Made by a program: the position numbers and the translations under genes
IMG/VR virus record: IMGVR_UViG_3300005937_000010
Location: 8,089-72,088 of that record
DNA: 64,000 nt
Reading direction: 5' to 3' (one strand)
Source of the DNA: a virus
Taxonomy: Duplodnaviria; Caudoviricetes
Shown here: positions 1-9,652 of the stretch, piece after piece
Position numbering within the stretch: the stretch's first letter is position 1
Layout: every line of letters begins with the position of its first letter
The notes under the pieces: generated by a model
What the model saw: only the letters and a program-made list of their open reading frames with translations
What the model was told of the DNA's origin: nothing
The model's database searches: none

Positions 1-192
1 AGGCTTGGCAGCGGTCGTGAACGCGCCTGACGCCTGCTTCGTACCAGCATCGAACTCTGCCATGTTCGTGGAAGCGATCTTGGCAACTGTCCAGCCGTCA
101 GCCCTGGTTGCCGCCGTCTGCGCCGCGCCGTCCACGAGCGCGCCGAAGTTACCGTCTGCGCCCGATGCGACGTAGTATGTCTTGGTAGCCAC
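1..192 (-). CDS. Probable virion protein, N-terminal part only (runs off window)
   Basis: GTG at 192 overlapping upstream stop; open frame MATKTYYVASGADGNFG... to position 1. Confidence 0.55.
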   Translation of the reverse strand, partial: MATKTYYVASGADGNFGALVDGAAQTAATRADGWTVAKIASTNMAEFDAGTKQASGAFTTAAKP

Positions 193-482
193 TAGGCCAC
201 CTTCTCAAACTTGTACGTGCAGCTTGGCTTGTCCACGATGTGGCCGGGATGCGTCGGCCACACGTTGCATCCGTTGAGGTAGTACGGGTGCTGCCGGTCG
301 GTGCAGAGGTATTCGCCGTCGTGGAAGCCGAGGAGCGGACAAGGGACGTTCGGCTCTCCGGTGAACGGGTTGCCCGTCATGCAACACTCACCGCAGCGGC
401 AGCATTCCCCCGTGCGGATATACGCCTCGTCGCCGTGGGTGTAGAGTACAGCGGTCACGTCTTGGCACTCAGGGCGCTCCAT
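192..482 (-). CDS. CxxCxxCC (YkgJ-like) cysteine-cluster protein
   Basis: CCRCGECC plus later CPLL, LCT and GCNVWP cysteines; coupled to neighbouring genes. Confidence 0.6.
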   Translation of the reverse strand: MERPECQDVTAVLYTHGDEAYIRTGECCRCGECCMTGNPFTGEPNVPCPLLGFHDGEYLCTDRQHPYYLNGCNVWPTHPGHIVDKPSCTYKFEKVA

Positions 483-735
483 GTGGCACTATCCAGATCG
501 TGACTTGACGCCTCGCGTTCGGCGGCGGCGTGTGGATGACTTCCCACCGGATGTCGAACGGCGGCACCGGATCGGTGATGTCGATGGTGACGGTGCCTTG
601 CATGAGCATCATCCGCGAGAAGTAGTCGCGGATTTCGGAGTCCAGCGCCGTGCCGGGTGACAAGTCAGAGAACAGTTGCTCGACTTCACGCTCCGGCGTC
701 CAGACACGACGCAGGGCTTCGATGGGATTCTTCAC
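469..735 (-). CDS. Hypothetical protein
   Basis: 88-aa ORF in coupled operon. Confidence 0.6.
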   Translation of the reverse strand: MKNPIEALRRVWTPEREVEQLFSDLSPGTALDSEIRDYFSRMMLMQGTVTIDITDPVPPFDIRWEVIHTPPPNARRQVTIWIVPHGAP

Positions 736-1046
736 TTCACTTCCTCGTATAGCCGCTCGTACTCCGTGGGTGCCAAGCCGAACTGCACATCGCCGGTATC
801 GACGTAGTAGTAGCCAGGAGCGATGATCGCGCCGTTGTCGAGTGTGAGGTAGTCCTCGGTGGCGTTCTGGAACAACTCGAAAACCGGGGCTTCATTGTTG
901 GCCATGAACTCGTCGTGGTCGGCCTTGACCTTGGCAATGTACGCCTCGTGATCGGCCTGCATCTGTGCCTTGATCTTCTCCTGCTGCTTGGCAGTCTCCT
1001 TGTGCCGGATCTTCCCCTTCGGCATTCTCGGTGTCGGTGGCATCAC
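732..1046 (-). CDS. Hypothetical protein
   Basis: 104-aa ORF overlapping neighbours by 4 bp. Confidence 0.6.
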   Translation of the reverse strand: MMPPTPRMPKGKIRHKETAKQQEKIKAQMQADHEAYIAKVKADHDEFMANNEAPVFELFQNATEDYLTLDNGAIIAPGYYYVDTGDVQFGLAPTEYERLYEEVK

Positions 1047-1843
1047 AAAGCCCTCACTATCTTGTTGACGATGATCGTGGGTTGCGTGTTCAGGTGAGCA
1101 CCGCCACCGCCCACGGCATCGATGGCATGAGCATGCCCATTGCTCGACCCGCCCGTTGTCAGGTAGTGCGAGTGGTCGTAGTTCTCGCCTCCCAAGCTCG
1201 CGTAGCTGTACTCCGTACGAAACTTATTGCCGTAGAAGCCAAAGGGCGCTCCACCGCCGCAGTTGAAGGCCCAGTCGCCATCGCCAAGAATCCCGTCGCC
1301 AAAGTTGATGCCATTCACGGCAATGTGGTTGTGGCCGTAGTCGCCGTGAACGTGCGCGGCACTGCGTCCACCTGAGTTGCCACCATGCGCATGATCGGAC
1401 GAGATGGTGCCCGTTGCCCCGCCGTGCGAGTGCGATGGTATCTGTGCGGTTGCCAAGGTCACGCCTTCGCCTCCGACTGCCGCACCGAGAACCGTTCCGG
1501 CTGTCCCTGAGATAGCAGCGGTGATTCTGTTCGCTGCGGTGCCTCCCATGTCATCCTTGCCTGCCGAGACGCGCCCGCGCTTGTCAGCGATGTTGAACGT
1601 CGTGGAGCCGTCGCCGGAGCCGTGCGGGTAGCTCGCTGCCGCCGCAAGTGCTGCCAAGGCGCTGTATGTCGTTCGGCTCACGGCCTGCCCGTACTGGAGC
1701 AACGCCCAGCTTGGCAGCAAGGTGGGACTGTAATCCCATTCCAACGATGCCCCGACCGGAACGACGGTCAGCGGCGCTGTATCGCCAGCGGCAACACGCC
1801 AGAGCGGGATCCAGTCGGTCGTGGACGGCGACGGCGTAGGCAC
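1043..1843 (-). CDS. Tail-collar domain fibre protein, paralog 3
   Basis: GTG at 1843; WALLQYGQAVSRTTY...STTFNIADKRGR collar motif; HxH repeats. Confidence 0.8.
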   Translation of the reverse strand: MPTPSPSTTDWIPLWRVAAGDTAPLTVVPVGASLEWDYSPTLLPSWALLQYGQAVSRTTYSALAALAAAASYPHGSGDGSTTFNIADKRGRVSAGKDDMGGTAANRITAAISGTAGTVLGAAVGGEGVTLATAQIPSHSHGGATGTISSDHAHGGNSGGRSAAHVHGDYGHNHIAVNGINFGDGILGDGDWAFNCGGGAPFGFYGNKFRTEYSYASLGGENYDHSHYLTTGGSSNGHAHAIDAVGGGGAHLNTQPTIIVNKIVRAL

Positions 1844-2649
1844 TAGAGCGCCCTCACGATTCGGTTGACGATGATCGTCGGCTGCATGTTGAGATGCGCG
1901 CCACCACCGCCCTCTGCCGGGATCGAATGTGTGTGGTTGGCGCTCACACCACCAACACCTTGGTAGTGGTAGTGATCGACATTCTCGGTACCAGTCGTCA
2001 CATAGCCGGTGTTGGTGTAGAAGCGGTTGCCTTGCGTACCGAAGGGAGACTCGCATCCACCGCCTGAAAAGTCTTGGTTGCCATCACCAAGCCGCCCGTT
2101 GTTCCAGGGGATGTCCATGACGGCAGGATTGTGGTAGTGCCCACTGTCGCCGTGGCTGTGATCGCTACTCTCGGTGCCTGTCGTCCCACTGTGCGTGTGG
2201 TTGGCATTCTGCAACTGGGTAGCTCCGTTGTGCGAGTGAGACGGGATTGCAGCCGTTGCCAAGGTGACACCTTCGCTGCCAACCGCTGCACCGAGAACTG
2301 TGCCTGCCGTCCCGCAGATCGCGGCCGTAATCCGGCTGGCAGCCGTCCCACCCATGTCATCCTTCCCGGCTGCGATCCTGCCACGTTTGTCTGCCAAGTT
2401 GAACGTGGTGCTCCCATCACCCGATCCATGCGGGTAGCTCACGGCCGAAGCGAGCGCCGCGAGCGCGCTGTATGTCGTACGTGAGACTGCTTGGCCATAT
2501 TGGAGCAGTGCCCAGCTTGGTATCTGCGCTGAGCCGTAGTCCCACTCGATGGACATGCCAACGGGGATCGACACCAACTGCGAAGCATCTTGGATGCCAA
2601 GACCGTAGAGCGGCACCCAGTCAGTCGTGGAGGGATTTGGGCTTGGCAT
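1843..2649 (-). CDS. Tail-collar domain fibre protein, paralog 2
   Basis: Same collar motif (TTFNLADKRGR) and HxH repeats. Confidence 0.8.
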   Translation of the reverse strand: MPSPNPSTTDWVPLYGLGIQDASQLVSIPVGMSIEWDYGSAQIPSWALLQYGQAVSRTTYSALAALASAVSYPHGSGDGSTTFNLADKRGRIAAGKDDMGGTAASRITAAICGTAGTVLGAAVGSEGVTLATAAIPSHSHNGATQLQNANHTHSGTTGTESSDHSHGDSGHYHNPAVMDIPWNNGRLGDGNQDFSGGGCESPFGTQGNRFYTNTGYVTTGTENVDHYHYQGVGGVSANHTHSIPAEGGGGAHLNMQPTIIVNRIVRAL

Positions 2650-3443
2650 CAGAGTGCCCTCACGACTTTGTTGACGATGATGGTGGGCTGCACATTCAGA
2701 TGTGCGCCTCCTCCACCTTCGGCACCGATCCCGTGGTTGTGGTTGGCACTTATGCCAGGCAGGTTCACACCGTGAACATGCGCAGCGCTGCGTCCACCGG
2801 CATTCATGTAGCCCCAGTGCGTCCAGAACGAGTTTCCGTCCGTTCCGAAGTACGCACCGCCGCCTGCCGAGAGAGCAGTGTTGCCGTCACCAAGAGAGCC
2901 ATCATCCCAGCCGACGCCCGTGACCGCTGGCCGGTGATAGTGGCCAGGATCGCCGTGAGTGTGATCGGCGCTACGGCCATTCCCTTGACCGGAATGCGTG
3001 TGATCGGCCGACTCTCCACCCGTTGCACCGCCGTGAGAGTGAGACGGGATCTGTGAGGTTGCCAAGGTTACACCTTCGCTACCACACGCTGCACCAAGCA
3101 CAGCGCCACTTGCTCCGGCAATCACAGCCGTGAGTCTGTTCGCATACGTGCCGCCCATGTTGTCTTTCCCTACAGAGACACGACCTCGCTTGTCTGCCAA
3201 GTTGAAAGTCGTTGAGCCGTCACCCGCTCCGTGTGGATACCCTGATCCGGCTGCCAAGATGTGAAGGCGAGAGTACGTCGTCCGCGACACTGCCTGGCCG
3301 TACTGCAAGAGCGCCCAACTTGGTAGTTGCGCCGAACCGTAGTCCCACTCCATCGACGCACCGATGGGGATTACCTGCGGTGGCGTGTCACTGAGATTCC
3401 AGATCGGAACCCAGTCAGTAGTTGCAGGGCTAGGACTTGGCAC
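2649..3443 (-). CDS. Tail-collar domain fibre protein, paralog 1
   Basis: Same collar motif and HxH repeats. Confidence 0.8.
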   Translation of the reverse strand: MPSPSPATTDWVPIWNLSDTPPQVIPIGASMEWDYGSAQLPSWALLQYGQAVSRTTYSRLHILAAGSGYPHGAGDGSTTFNLADKRGRVSVGKDNMGGTYANRLTAVIAGASGAVLGAACGSEGVTLATSQIPSHSHGGATGGESADHTHSGQGNGRSADHTHGDPGHYHRPAVTGVGWDDGSLGDGNTALSAGGGAYFGTDGNSFWTHWGYMNAGGRSAAHVHGVNLPGISANHNHGIGAEGGGGAHLNVQPTIIVNKVVRAL

Positions 3444-5537
3444 TCATCCCTCCGCGAAGTATGAGACACAGGTGAGCGAAACCCAGTTGCCCGCCGAGAC
3501 GCCTTGAATCTGCAAGATGCCGCTACCGTCGAGACGCAGCATGTCAGCGGTGAAAGTGCCGCTCATCGCGCCACCGAAAATCAGCGTACGGCCGCTTGCC
3601 GGACGATATCCAACAGGCAACGTGGCTATCGTCACGCTAGGCCCACCGGAAGTGATAAGCCCTTGCATCTGCACCATGCCGTTCGCCAGTTTGCGGTACT
3701 GCCCCGGCCCATACGGAGCGCTGTAATGTGCCGCACCACCTGTCAGCGTCAAGTTCGTCCAGCCTGTATCCGCTGTGACAAGTCCAGGAATATCGGGAGC
3801 CGTGAGTGCCGCCCATGCTGGCGCTCCGCTAACGCCTTTCAAGAACTGGCCGTTGACAACACTTGGCAGGAGAGGCCAATCCGTCGGTACGGGCGCAGCG
3901 CTCGTCGGCCGCACGCACATGTACGCCACGTTGTTGTAGATCACGATGTCGCCGTCCGTGTACGGCGTGTTGGCAGGGTAATCGCCGTTGTAGACAAGAT
4001 CGGCTCCAGCAACCTGCCAAGTTCCATCATCACGCAGGAACTTGGTACCGTCTCGCGTCCCTGAGCCTAGAGACGCAGGAAGCACACGCCCAACTGCCTC
4101 AAATGTGCCATCCGTCTTGAGCGCACTGGCACCTGAGCGGTAGAGCGTCGTGTCACGAGTAACGCTACCACTCCCCCACTCCATCGTCCCATTGCCAAGA
4201 ATCCTGAACCGATCAACGGTATCGCTGTTCAGACCACCGGAAAAGATCGCGGCTGTCGGCGTCCCTGTGGGGCGATAGCTGAATATCCCTAGAGCAACAA
4301 GGAACCCGTCATCCGTCGCAAGAAGATCGGCGGCTGCGCGATACAAGCTTGTGTCCAGTGCCGTGCCAAAGTAGAGCCTGCCGTCAGTCCAGAGCGCGAT
4401 TTGTTGAGCAGCGGCCTCCATCGACACAATGCCTCCCTTGGCATAGATAGCATCATCCGTGCCAAGAACGTCGGCTGCACGTCGATATACGTTCGTATCG
4501 CCTGCCGAGCCGAAAATGAGCTTCTGCCCTGCGTTGAGAAGATCGAGAATCAATCCTGATCTTGTCAGCCTGGAAGTAACAGCGGCAGCTTCGTCCGAGT
4601 AGAACTGCAAACCGTCTAGCCCCGACTGAGTATAAATCTCCCAATCGGAAATCGTGTTACGTGCCAAGGTCGAATACATCGCTATTCCTGCACCGCCTGC
4701 TCCAGCACCGACTTGATTGACGATGTACGGCCAGTTGGTAGAGCCGCCGACAAGGACGGTCGATCCAGTCACCGGGTCGTTCACTCTGAACCAGGGAGCA
4801 ACTTCGACCGTCTGATTGCCTGCGCGATACATGTATACGTCCGGCGCAGTCGCGCCACCCGGCCCCCATTCGTGCCTGCCACTGCCAAGTATGCGGAAGG
4901 CAGGCTGCGCATCGCCTGCCAAGAGCTTGTTGGTAAGGATGCGCGTGGCCGCGACGATGACACCATCGAGCGGGACGTAGTTCATCGCCGGTAGCTGCGC
5001 GGTCGGGACTAGCCCACTCGCGTCCAGGGATGCGTACCCGTTCACAGCGCCCTTGGCACTGATCGCCTGTTTCTCCGCTGCAAGCTCTGCGATGGCAGCC
5101 TGCACGGTCGTCGCAGCCACGTCACCCGTAGCCGTACTGCTGATCGCGGTCGCCGCATGTGCTCCTGCGGCCTGGCCTGTGTGAGCGTCTAGCTCAGCCT
5201 GAGTAGCCACGTCCGCCGCAACCTTGGCAGCCGTGACTCCTCCGGCCTTGATCTGCAACGAGTCTCCGACGATTTCCAGTGTCACGCCATCGACGTTGAC
5301 ACTGAGCACGTTCGCAGACACACCGATCCCGTTCCCGGCCACGGAAGCTGCCAAGCCAGGACTGGGAAAAGTACCGCTGAGCACGCCACCGGCTGCATCG
5401 CCGTCCATCACCGCCGAGGCAACATCCGCCTTGGCAGTATCCGACTTGTTGGAGCCGTCAGCGTTGTGAGCGGCGAGCAGCCATGTCTCCAGTTGATCCT
5501 TCCACGGCTTGGTACCCAGTGCAGGAAGGCTTGGCAT
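3444..5537 (-). CDS. Fibre/adhesin-like virion protein
   Basis: 697 aa, Gly/Ala/Thr-rich, internal DTxLYRxAAxxLxTDD-type repeats, fibre-like C-terminus. Confidence 0.7.
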   Translation of the reverse strand: MPSLPALGTKPWKDQLETWLLAAHNADGSNKSDTAKADVASAVMDGDAAGGVLSGTFPSPGLAASVAGNGIGVSANVLSVNVDGVTLEIVGDSLQIKAGGVTAAKVAADVATQAELDAHTGQAAGAHAATAISSTATGDVAATTVQAAIAELAAEKQAISAKGAVNGYASLDASGLVPTAQLPAMNYVPLDGVIVAATRILTNKLLAGDAQPAFRILGSGRHEWGPGGATAPDVYMYRAGNQTVEVAPWFRVNDPVTGSTVLVGGSTNWPYIVNQVGAGAGGAGIAMYSTLARNTISDWEIYTQSGLDGLQFYSDEAAAVTSRLTRSGLILDLLNAGQKLIFGSAGDTNVYRRAADVLGTDDAIYAKGGIVSMEAAAQQIALWTDGRLYFGTALDTSLYRAAADLLATDDGFLVALGIFSYRPTGTPTAAIFSGGLNSDTVDRFRILGNGTMEWGSGSVTRDTTLYRSGASALKTDGTFEAVGRVLPASLGSGTRDGTKFLRDDGTWQVAGADLVYNGDYPANTPYTDGDIVIYNNVAYMCVRPTSAAPVPTDWPLLPSVVNGQFLKGVSGAPAWAALTAPDIPGLVTADTGWTNLTLTGGAAHYSAPYGPGQYRKLANGMVQMQGLITSGGPSVTIATLPVGYRPASGRTLIFGGAMSGTFTADMLRLDGSGILQIQGVSAGNWVSLTCVSYFAEG

Positions 5538-5941
5538 CAGGCGATGGAGTAGATCCCGGACGGGTCGATCTGGATGGTCACGTTCGATCCGTTCGGGGTG
5601 AACGCAATCGACGGTGACGAGTCGATCCAGGCGATCAGCGGAGCCGCCGCGTCGGAGGCGTTGTACTTATAGAGGCCGACTGCTTCGACGGTCGCACCCG
5701 TGACGCTGTTGATCGTCGGGTCGGCCGCGTCGAACGTGCCGCCCGTCGTCGTCTTGGATGCCAAGCCCGCCGCCATCCGTGCGATGATCCCGCCCGCCGT
5801 CCAGTTGGAGACGAACTGGTCGGCTGCGTTGTACGTCTCGGCACCCGTGTCGATCAGAGCGAAGCGGATGTCGTCCGTCAGGTGTGCGATGGTGCCGTCG
5901 AGAATCGCCTTGGCACCCAGTGGATAGAGAACGTTGGCCAT
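5537..5941 (-). CDS. Virion structural protein (MANxLY...IxFALID type)
   Basis: ATG at 5941 with GGAGGG; recognisable phage structural-type N-terminus. Confidence 0.6.
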   Translation of the reverse strand: MANVLYPLGAKAILDGTIAHLTDDIRFALIDTGAETYNAADQFVSNWTAGGIIARMAAGLASKTTTGGTFDAADPTINSVTGATVEAVGLYKYNASDAAAPLIAWIDSSPSIAFTPNGSNVTIQIDPSGIYSIA

Positions 5942-5942
5942 G

Positions 5943-6344
5943 TCATCCCTCCGATACCGTGCCGTCGGGAGCAATGCTCCACGTCTCAGTAACCCACTGC
6001 TTGCCAGTCATCACGTCGTTCTTGTCAGGCCCGTGACTGACAACCGAGTCTTCCGGCCCGTCCTCCACGTACATCGTGGAGATGACGATGTTGCCCTCCT
6101 CGTCCTTCGTCCAGGAGAACGTCGCACCACGAAGCGGAAGGCCATCGTCGTCCAGCCCGTCGTTGTCCGTGGCCGCGCCGGAGTCGGTACGCACCTGATT
6201 GATGAGCAGCTCGATGGCGTTGATCTGCTCGTCTGTCTCGTCGTGCTCGTAACGCCACCCCGTAGCTTGGCTGACAGCCTGCGTCTCCCCCTGCCCCAAG
6301 CCAGGATTGGGGGATCGGAAGATTTGGTTCTCTGCCATTGGCAT
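5943..6344 (-). CDS. Hypothetical head-associated protein
   Basis: Acidic ORF directly after capsid gene, AAGGA RBS. Confidence 0.6.
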   Translation of the reverse strand: MPMAENQIFRSPNPGLGQGETQAVSQATGWRYEHDETDEQINAIELLINQVRTDSGAATDNDGLDDDGLPLRGATFSWTKDEEGNIVISTMYVEDGPEDSVVSHGPDKNDVMTGKQWVTETWSIAPDGTVSEG

Positions 6345-6361
6345 CCTTTCTACCCGCCTTG

Positions 6362-6388
6362 GCAGGCTGGCTCTCGCGGCCAGCCTGT
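6362..6388 (-). terminator. Stem-loop after major capsid gene
   Basis: CAGGCTGGC-N7-GCCAGCCTG just downstream of the stop at 6399, flanked by two CTTGGCA copies. Confidence 0.55.
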
Positions 6389-6398
6389 CTTGGCAGGT

Positions 6399-7505
6399 TT
6401 ACGGCAGCGTGATCTTCTGCACGCTGTTGTTGAGGTCGGCGTACACGCCACGCCGCGAGCGAGCTACCTGCTGGCCCTCCACGAGCCGGGAGATGTCCGG
6501 CCCGCCAAGGTCGATGCGCAGGTCGTGATGGACAAGCTCCTTGAGCCTCCGCTGCGGGAAGATCAGGTAGCAGGTACCCGTCGTCACGCCGGGGTACGTG
6601 AACACGTCGGAGCCACGGTTGATCGTCTCTCCGTCGTAGTACACGATGGTGTTGATCGGGACGTTGGCGAGCGGGTTGCCCTGCGCGTCCCTGACCGGCG
6701 TCAGGAGCGCCTCCTCGATCTGGAAGCGGTTTGTCTCGGATGCCAAGAGCACCGTGCCCGTCCGACGCGGGTTCGCGTTCACCGTCGCCTTGTAGGCGTT
6801 CTGGAACGTGATGTGCGTCTTCTCGGAGACGGTCGTGCCCGTCGTGTCGGCTGCCGTGGCGTTGGCACCCGTGAAGGTGCCGCCGACGATGATGCCAAGG
6901 TGCAGATGGTTCAGGAGCGCATTGTACGCGCGGCCGAACGCCTGGTTGTTCAACTCGATGGAGTACGTGCGGTCGAACTCGATCATGTCCTCCGTCCACT
7001 CAAAGCCAGCCGCGTACGTCTGGATGAGTCCGACAGAGGGCACGCCCTTCTCCAGCGTGCCGAACTGTACTTCGCCGCCTTCAAACTTCTGGAGGAAGAC
7101 GACGTTCGCCTGGAGCGTGTACTCATCGACTTGGTACACGCCACCGGGGAAGCCGTTGGCTGGTGCGATGCGCTGGTAGATCGGGCCGTACAGAAGCGGG
7201 ATGTCTGCCAAGCCGAAGGCCACGTCGATCCTGACCTTCTCCAGCAACGCCATCTGCCCCTGCGCGGTGTCGATCATCTCGCGGATGATCGGCTTGGCAG
7301 GATCCCGCCGTGCGGCCGGGAACGGGAAGTAGTCGAGTCCGCCGTCCGGGTGGATTGCGCCCGCCAGCATCTCACCGATGAGGAGGTTCCGCTGGTTGCG
7401 CACCCCCTTGTCGATGGCCGCGTGAAGCTCCGTCCTGACAAGCTCCGTGCTGACTTCGCGCCAGTACGGATTGAACTTGAACTGCGGATGTGCCACCGTG
7501 CTCAT
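6399..7505 (-). CDS. Major capsid protein
   Basis: 368 aa from MSTVAHP with GGAGG RBS; follows scaffold and decoration genes; HK97-like segments. Confidence 0.75.
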   Translation of the reverse strand: MSTVAHPQFKFNPYWREVSTELVRTELHAAIDKGVRNQRNLLIGEMLAGAIHPDGGLDYFPFPAARRDPAKPIIREMIDTAQGQMALLEKVRIDVAFGLADIPLLYGPIYQRIAPANGFPGGVYQVDEYTLQANVVFLQKFEGGEVQFGTLEKGVPSVGLIQTYAAGFEWTEDMIEFDRTYSIELNNQAFGRAYNALLNHLHLGIIVGGTFTGANATAADTTGTTVSEKTHITFQNAYKATVNANPRRTGTVLLASETNRFQIEEALLTPVRDAQGNPLANVPINTIVYYDGETINRGSDVFTYPGVTTGTCYLIFPQRRLKELVHHDLRIDLGGPDISRLVEGQQVARSRRGVYADLNNSVQKITLP

Positions 7506-7522
7506 ACTTGGTACCTCCTCTC

Positions 7523-7924
7523 TTACGTGACTTCGACGGTGCCGCTCTGGAGGATGCGACCCTGCGCATACCCGGCGGCATTCTTGGTGGACATGAACTT
7601 GAACGCGGGTTCGGCGGTGAAGCCAGCAACCGCCGGAGCCGGAGTTACCAAGTGCGTGTCGCCACGCTGGAATGTCGTGTCGTCGGTGGTCGTCCAGTAC
7701 CCGTAGCTGCCGATGACCGGCGACAACCCGGCAGGCACCTTGATCGAGTAGATGGCGTCCGAGTCGCACTCAAAGGACATCGTGCGATCCGTCTGCGATG
7801 CATCCTTGGCACCCACTGCCGCCCCGTTCCAGCCGCCGATCCGGTACAGGTCGTAGTCGTTGATGACTTCGCCGTTCGGAGCGACAGCATCGAACGCCTT
7901 GCCGTCACTGATCTTCTGACCCAT
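7523..7924 (-). CDS. Capsid decoration/cement protein (DUF2190-like)
   Basis: 133 aa immediately upstream of capsid gene; typical size and Gly-rich beta pattern. Confidence 0.55.
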   Translation of the reverse strand: MGQKISDGKAFDAVAPNGEVINDYDLYRIGGWNGAAVGAKDASQTDRTMSFECDSDAIYSIKVPAGLSPVIGSYGYWTTTDDTTFQRGDTHLVTPAPAVAGFTAEPAFKFMSTKNAAGYAQGRILQSGTVEVT

Positions 7925-7940
7925 GTCTTGTCACCCCCTC

Positions 7941-8414
7941 CTATGCTTCTTCTTCGGCTTCGGCCAGTTCGGCCTCGTGGTCTTCGATCCGCGTCTGGAT
8001 TTCCTCGATGGTGCCGGAGGTTGCCAAGCCGTACTCGCCTGCCTTCGCCTGCCAGTCGGCCTTCTTCCACTCGTCGCGGTCGTCTTCGGGTGCCGTGCCT
8101 GCGCCCTCCTCGGTGGAGAGCATCCCGGTCTGTACGGAGTCCGCCTCGACTTCGGCGTCCGTCAACTGGTTCTGCCCGTAGTCCTCCGGGTGGGCGACCG
8201 GCGACTTGTCAAGCGTCAGGTTGACGCTCGCGCTGATCGCGTTCGGGTTGTTCGGGTCGGTGTAGGCACCCACCGGCACGATGATCTGATTGAGAGTGGC
8301 CATGTCCTGGGACGCCTCCGTCGGGCCGAGGGTGGGATTGGGCTTGTCAGCCACGGGCATGTCCTGCTCGTTGCCGAAGTCGCGGGTTGCCTCCTCGGTG
8401 TCGTTCTCTGCCAT
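7941..8414 (-). CDS. Acidic head-module protein with C-terminal helix-extension-helix-like motif
   Basis: KKADWQAKAGEYGLATSGTIEEIQTRIE at C-terminus. Confidence 0.55.
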   Translation of the reverse strand: MAENDTEEATRDFGNEQDMPVADKPNPTLGPTEASQDMATLNQIIVPVGAYTDPNNPNAISASVNLTLDKSPVAHPEDYGQNQLTDAEVEADSVQTGMLSTEEGAGTAPEDDRDEWKKADWQAKAGEYGLATSGTIEEIQTRIEDHEAELAEAEEEA

Positions 8415-8426
8415 GCTCCCTCCTTC

Positions 8427-9650
8427 CTACGATCCGAGCGTCACGCGCTCGCGCTGGATTCCGTAACCGGCGAGCGCAGCGTCCGTGCTCTCACCGCTGC
8501 GGCTCAGATCCTCGCGCCGACGAACGGTGGGCGGCTGCATCTCCCCGATCACGCTCTTGATGGTGTCGTCGTCGTTGAACGCCTTGTCAACCATCTCACC
8601 GATGATCCTGTCGGCATCCTCGGTGGACTTGGCATCCGCGACGGCGGCTTCCATCTCCCCGACCGGAAGGAGGCGAGCGACGAGAGCACGCTGCTTCTCG
8701 TCGGGCACCTTCTCCTTGAGGAGCTTCTCGATGCCCACTGCCAAGGTGTCCTTGGCCTTGTCACCGATCTTGGTCTGGAGGTCGGCCACTGCCTGGAGCA
8801 GCTTGGCAGGGTCGTCGATCCCGATGGCCTCGCAGACCTTGGCAAGCAGGCTCTTGGCCTCCTCGCCTTCCTCGATCTGCTGCTCCTGCTCACCGATGGT
8901 CTTGTCCTTGTCAGCGGTGACTTCCGCGACGAGGAGCGCGTAGCCGTTCGGGTTCTCGGCCTTGAACTCCTCGGGTGTCACCTGAGCCAGTTCCTTTGCC
9001 ATGTGTGACTCCTGTTCTCCTGTGACTGCAACAACCGAGGAGCTTGGCATGCCCTCGGACAGCTTGCGTGCCCAGTCGAGCGCCTTGAGCACGAAGCCCC
9101 TCACTTCCACTCCCTTGCCGGGAACGCGGATCGCATCGCCGCTTCCCCACCACGAGATGCCGCGAACGGCCTTGGCAGGGATCAGACGGCGGATGTCCGC
9201 GCCTGGCAAGTTGTAGCCCGCGAAGTACGCGGTCGTCACCGGGTCGCCCTTGCGATCCTTCTGCTTGGACGGCTCGATCTTGGTAGTTGCCGCGAACCAC
9301 GTCGTCTGCGGCGGCGGGAAAGCAGTGCTGATCTGATCGTCGGGGATGTGACCGAGATGCCCGACAGGCTGGAGCGCGTTCGTCTGACTGACGATGGACT
9401 CCACTTCCTTGGCAGTCCACAGCCGATTGGAGCCACTCCAGCCTTCCTCGACACGCACCACGGCGAACTCCGGGCTATCGTCGCCTGTGGCCTGCACAAG
9501 CTCCGCACCCTTGGCAGAGGCACCGGGGATGAAGTTGTCCAGGCGTGACGGCTCCGTCACCATCTCCGCGATGGTTCCAGCTTCGGCCTCGCCCTGCATC
9601 TCTCCCAACGTGACCGCCTGCTTCTTGTCAGCCTTGGTCGTGACTTCCAT
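8427..9650 (-). CDS. Capsid maturation protease/scaffold protein
   Basis: Between portal and capsid; globular N-half (GHLGH, GISWWG) and coiled-coil C-half. Confidence 0.6.
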   Translation of the reverse strand: MEVTTKADKKQAVTLGEMQGEAEAGTIAEMVTEPSRLDNFIPGASAKGAELVQATGDDSPEFAVVRVEEGWSGSNRLWTAKEVESIVSQTNALQPVGHLGHIPDDQISTAFPPPQTTWFAATTKIEPSKQKDRKGDPVTTAYFAGYNLPGADIRRLIPAKAVRGISWWGSGDAIRVPGKGVEVRGFVLKALDWARKLSEGMPSSSVVAVTGEQESHMAKELAQVTPEEFKAENPNGYALLVAEVTADKDKTIGEQEQQIEEGEEAKSLLAKVCEAIGIDDPAKLLQAVADLQTKIGDKAKDTLAVGIEKLLKEKVPDEKQRALVARLLPVGEMEAAVADAKSTEDADRIIGEMVDKAFNDDDTIKSVIGEMQPPTVRRREDLSRSGESTDAALAGYGIQRERVTLGS

Positions 9651-9652
9651 GA

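Noticed and set aside
1043-3443. Diversity-generating retroelement or invertible fibre cassette
   Set aside because: No reverse transcriptase, recombinase or near-identical TR/VR pair in the window. Divergence looks like ordinary paralogy.
5934-7706. Long plus-strand ORFs opposite capsid, terminase, dnaE, dnaB and similar genes
   Set aside because: Antisense shadows typical of high-GC DNA; no motifs or RBS.
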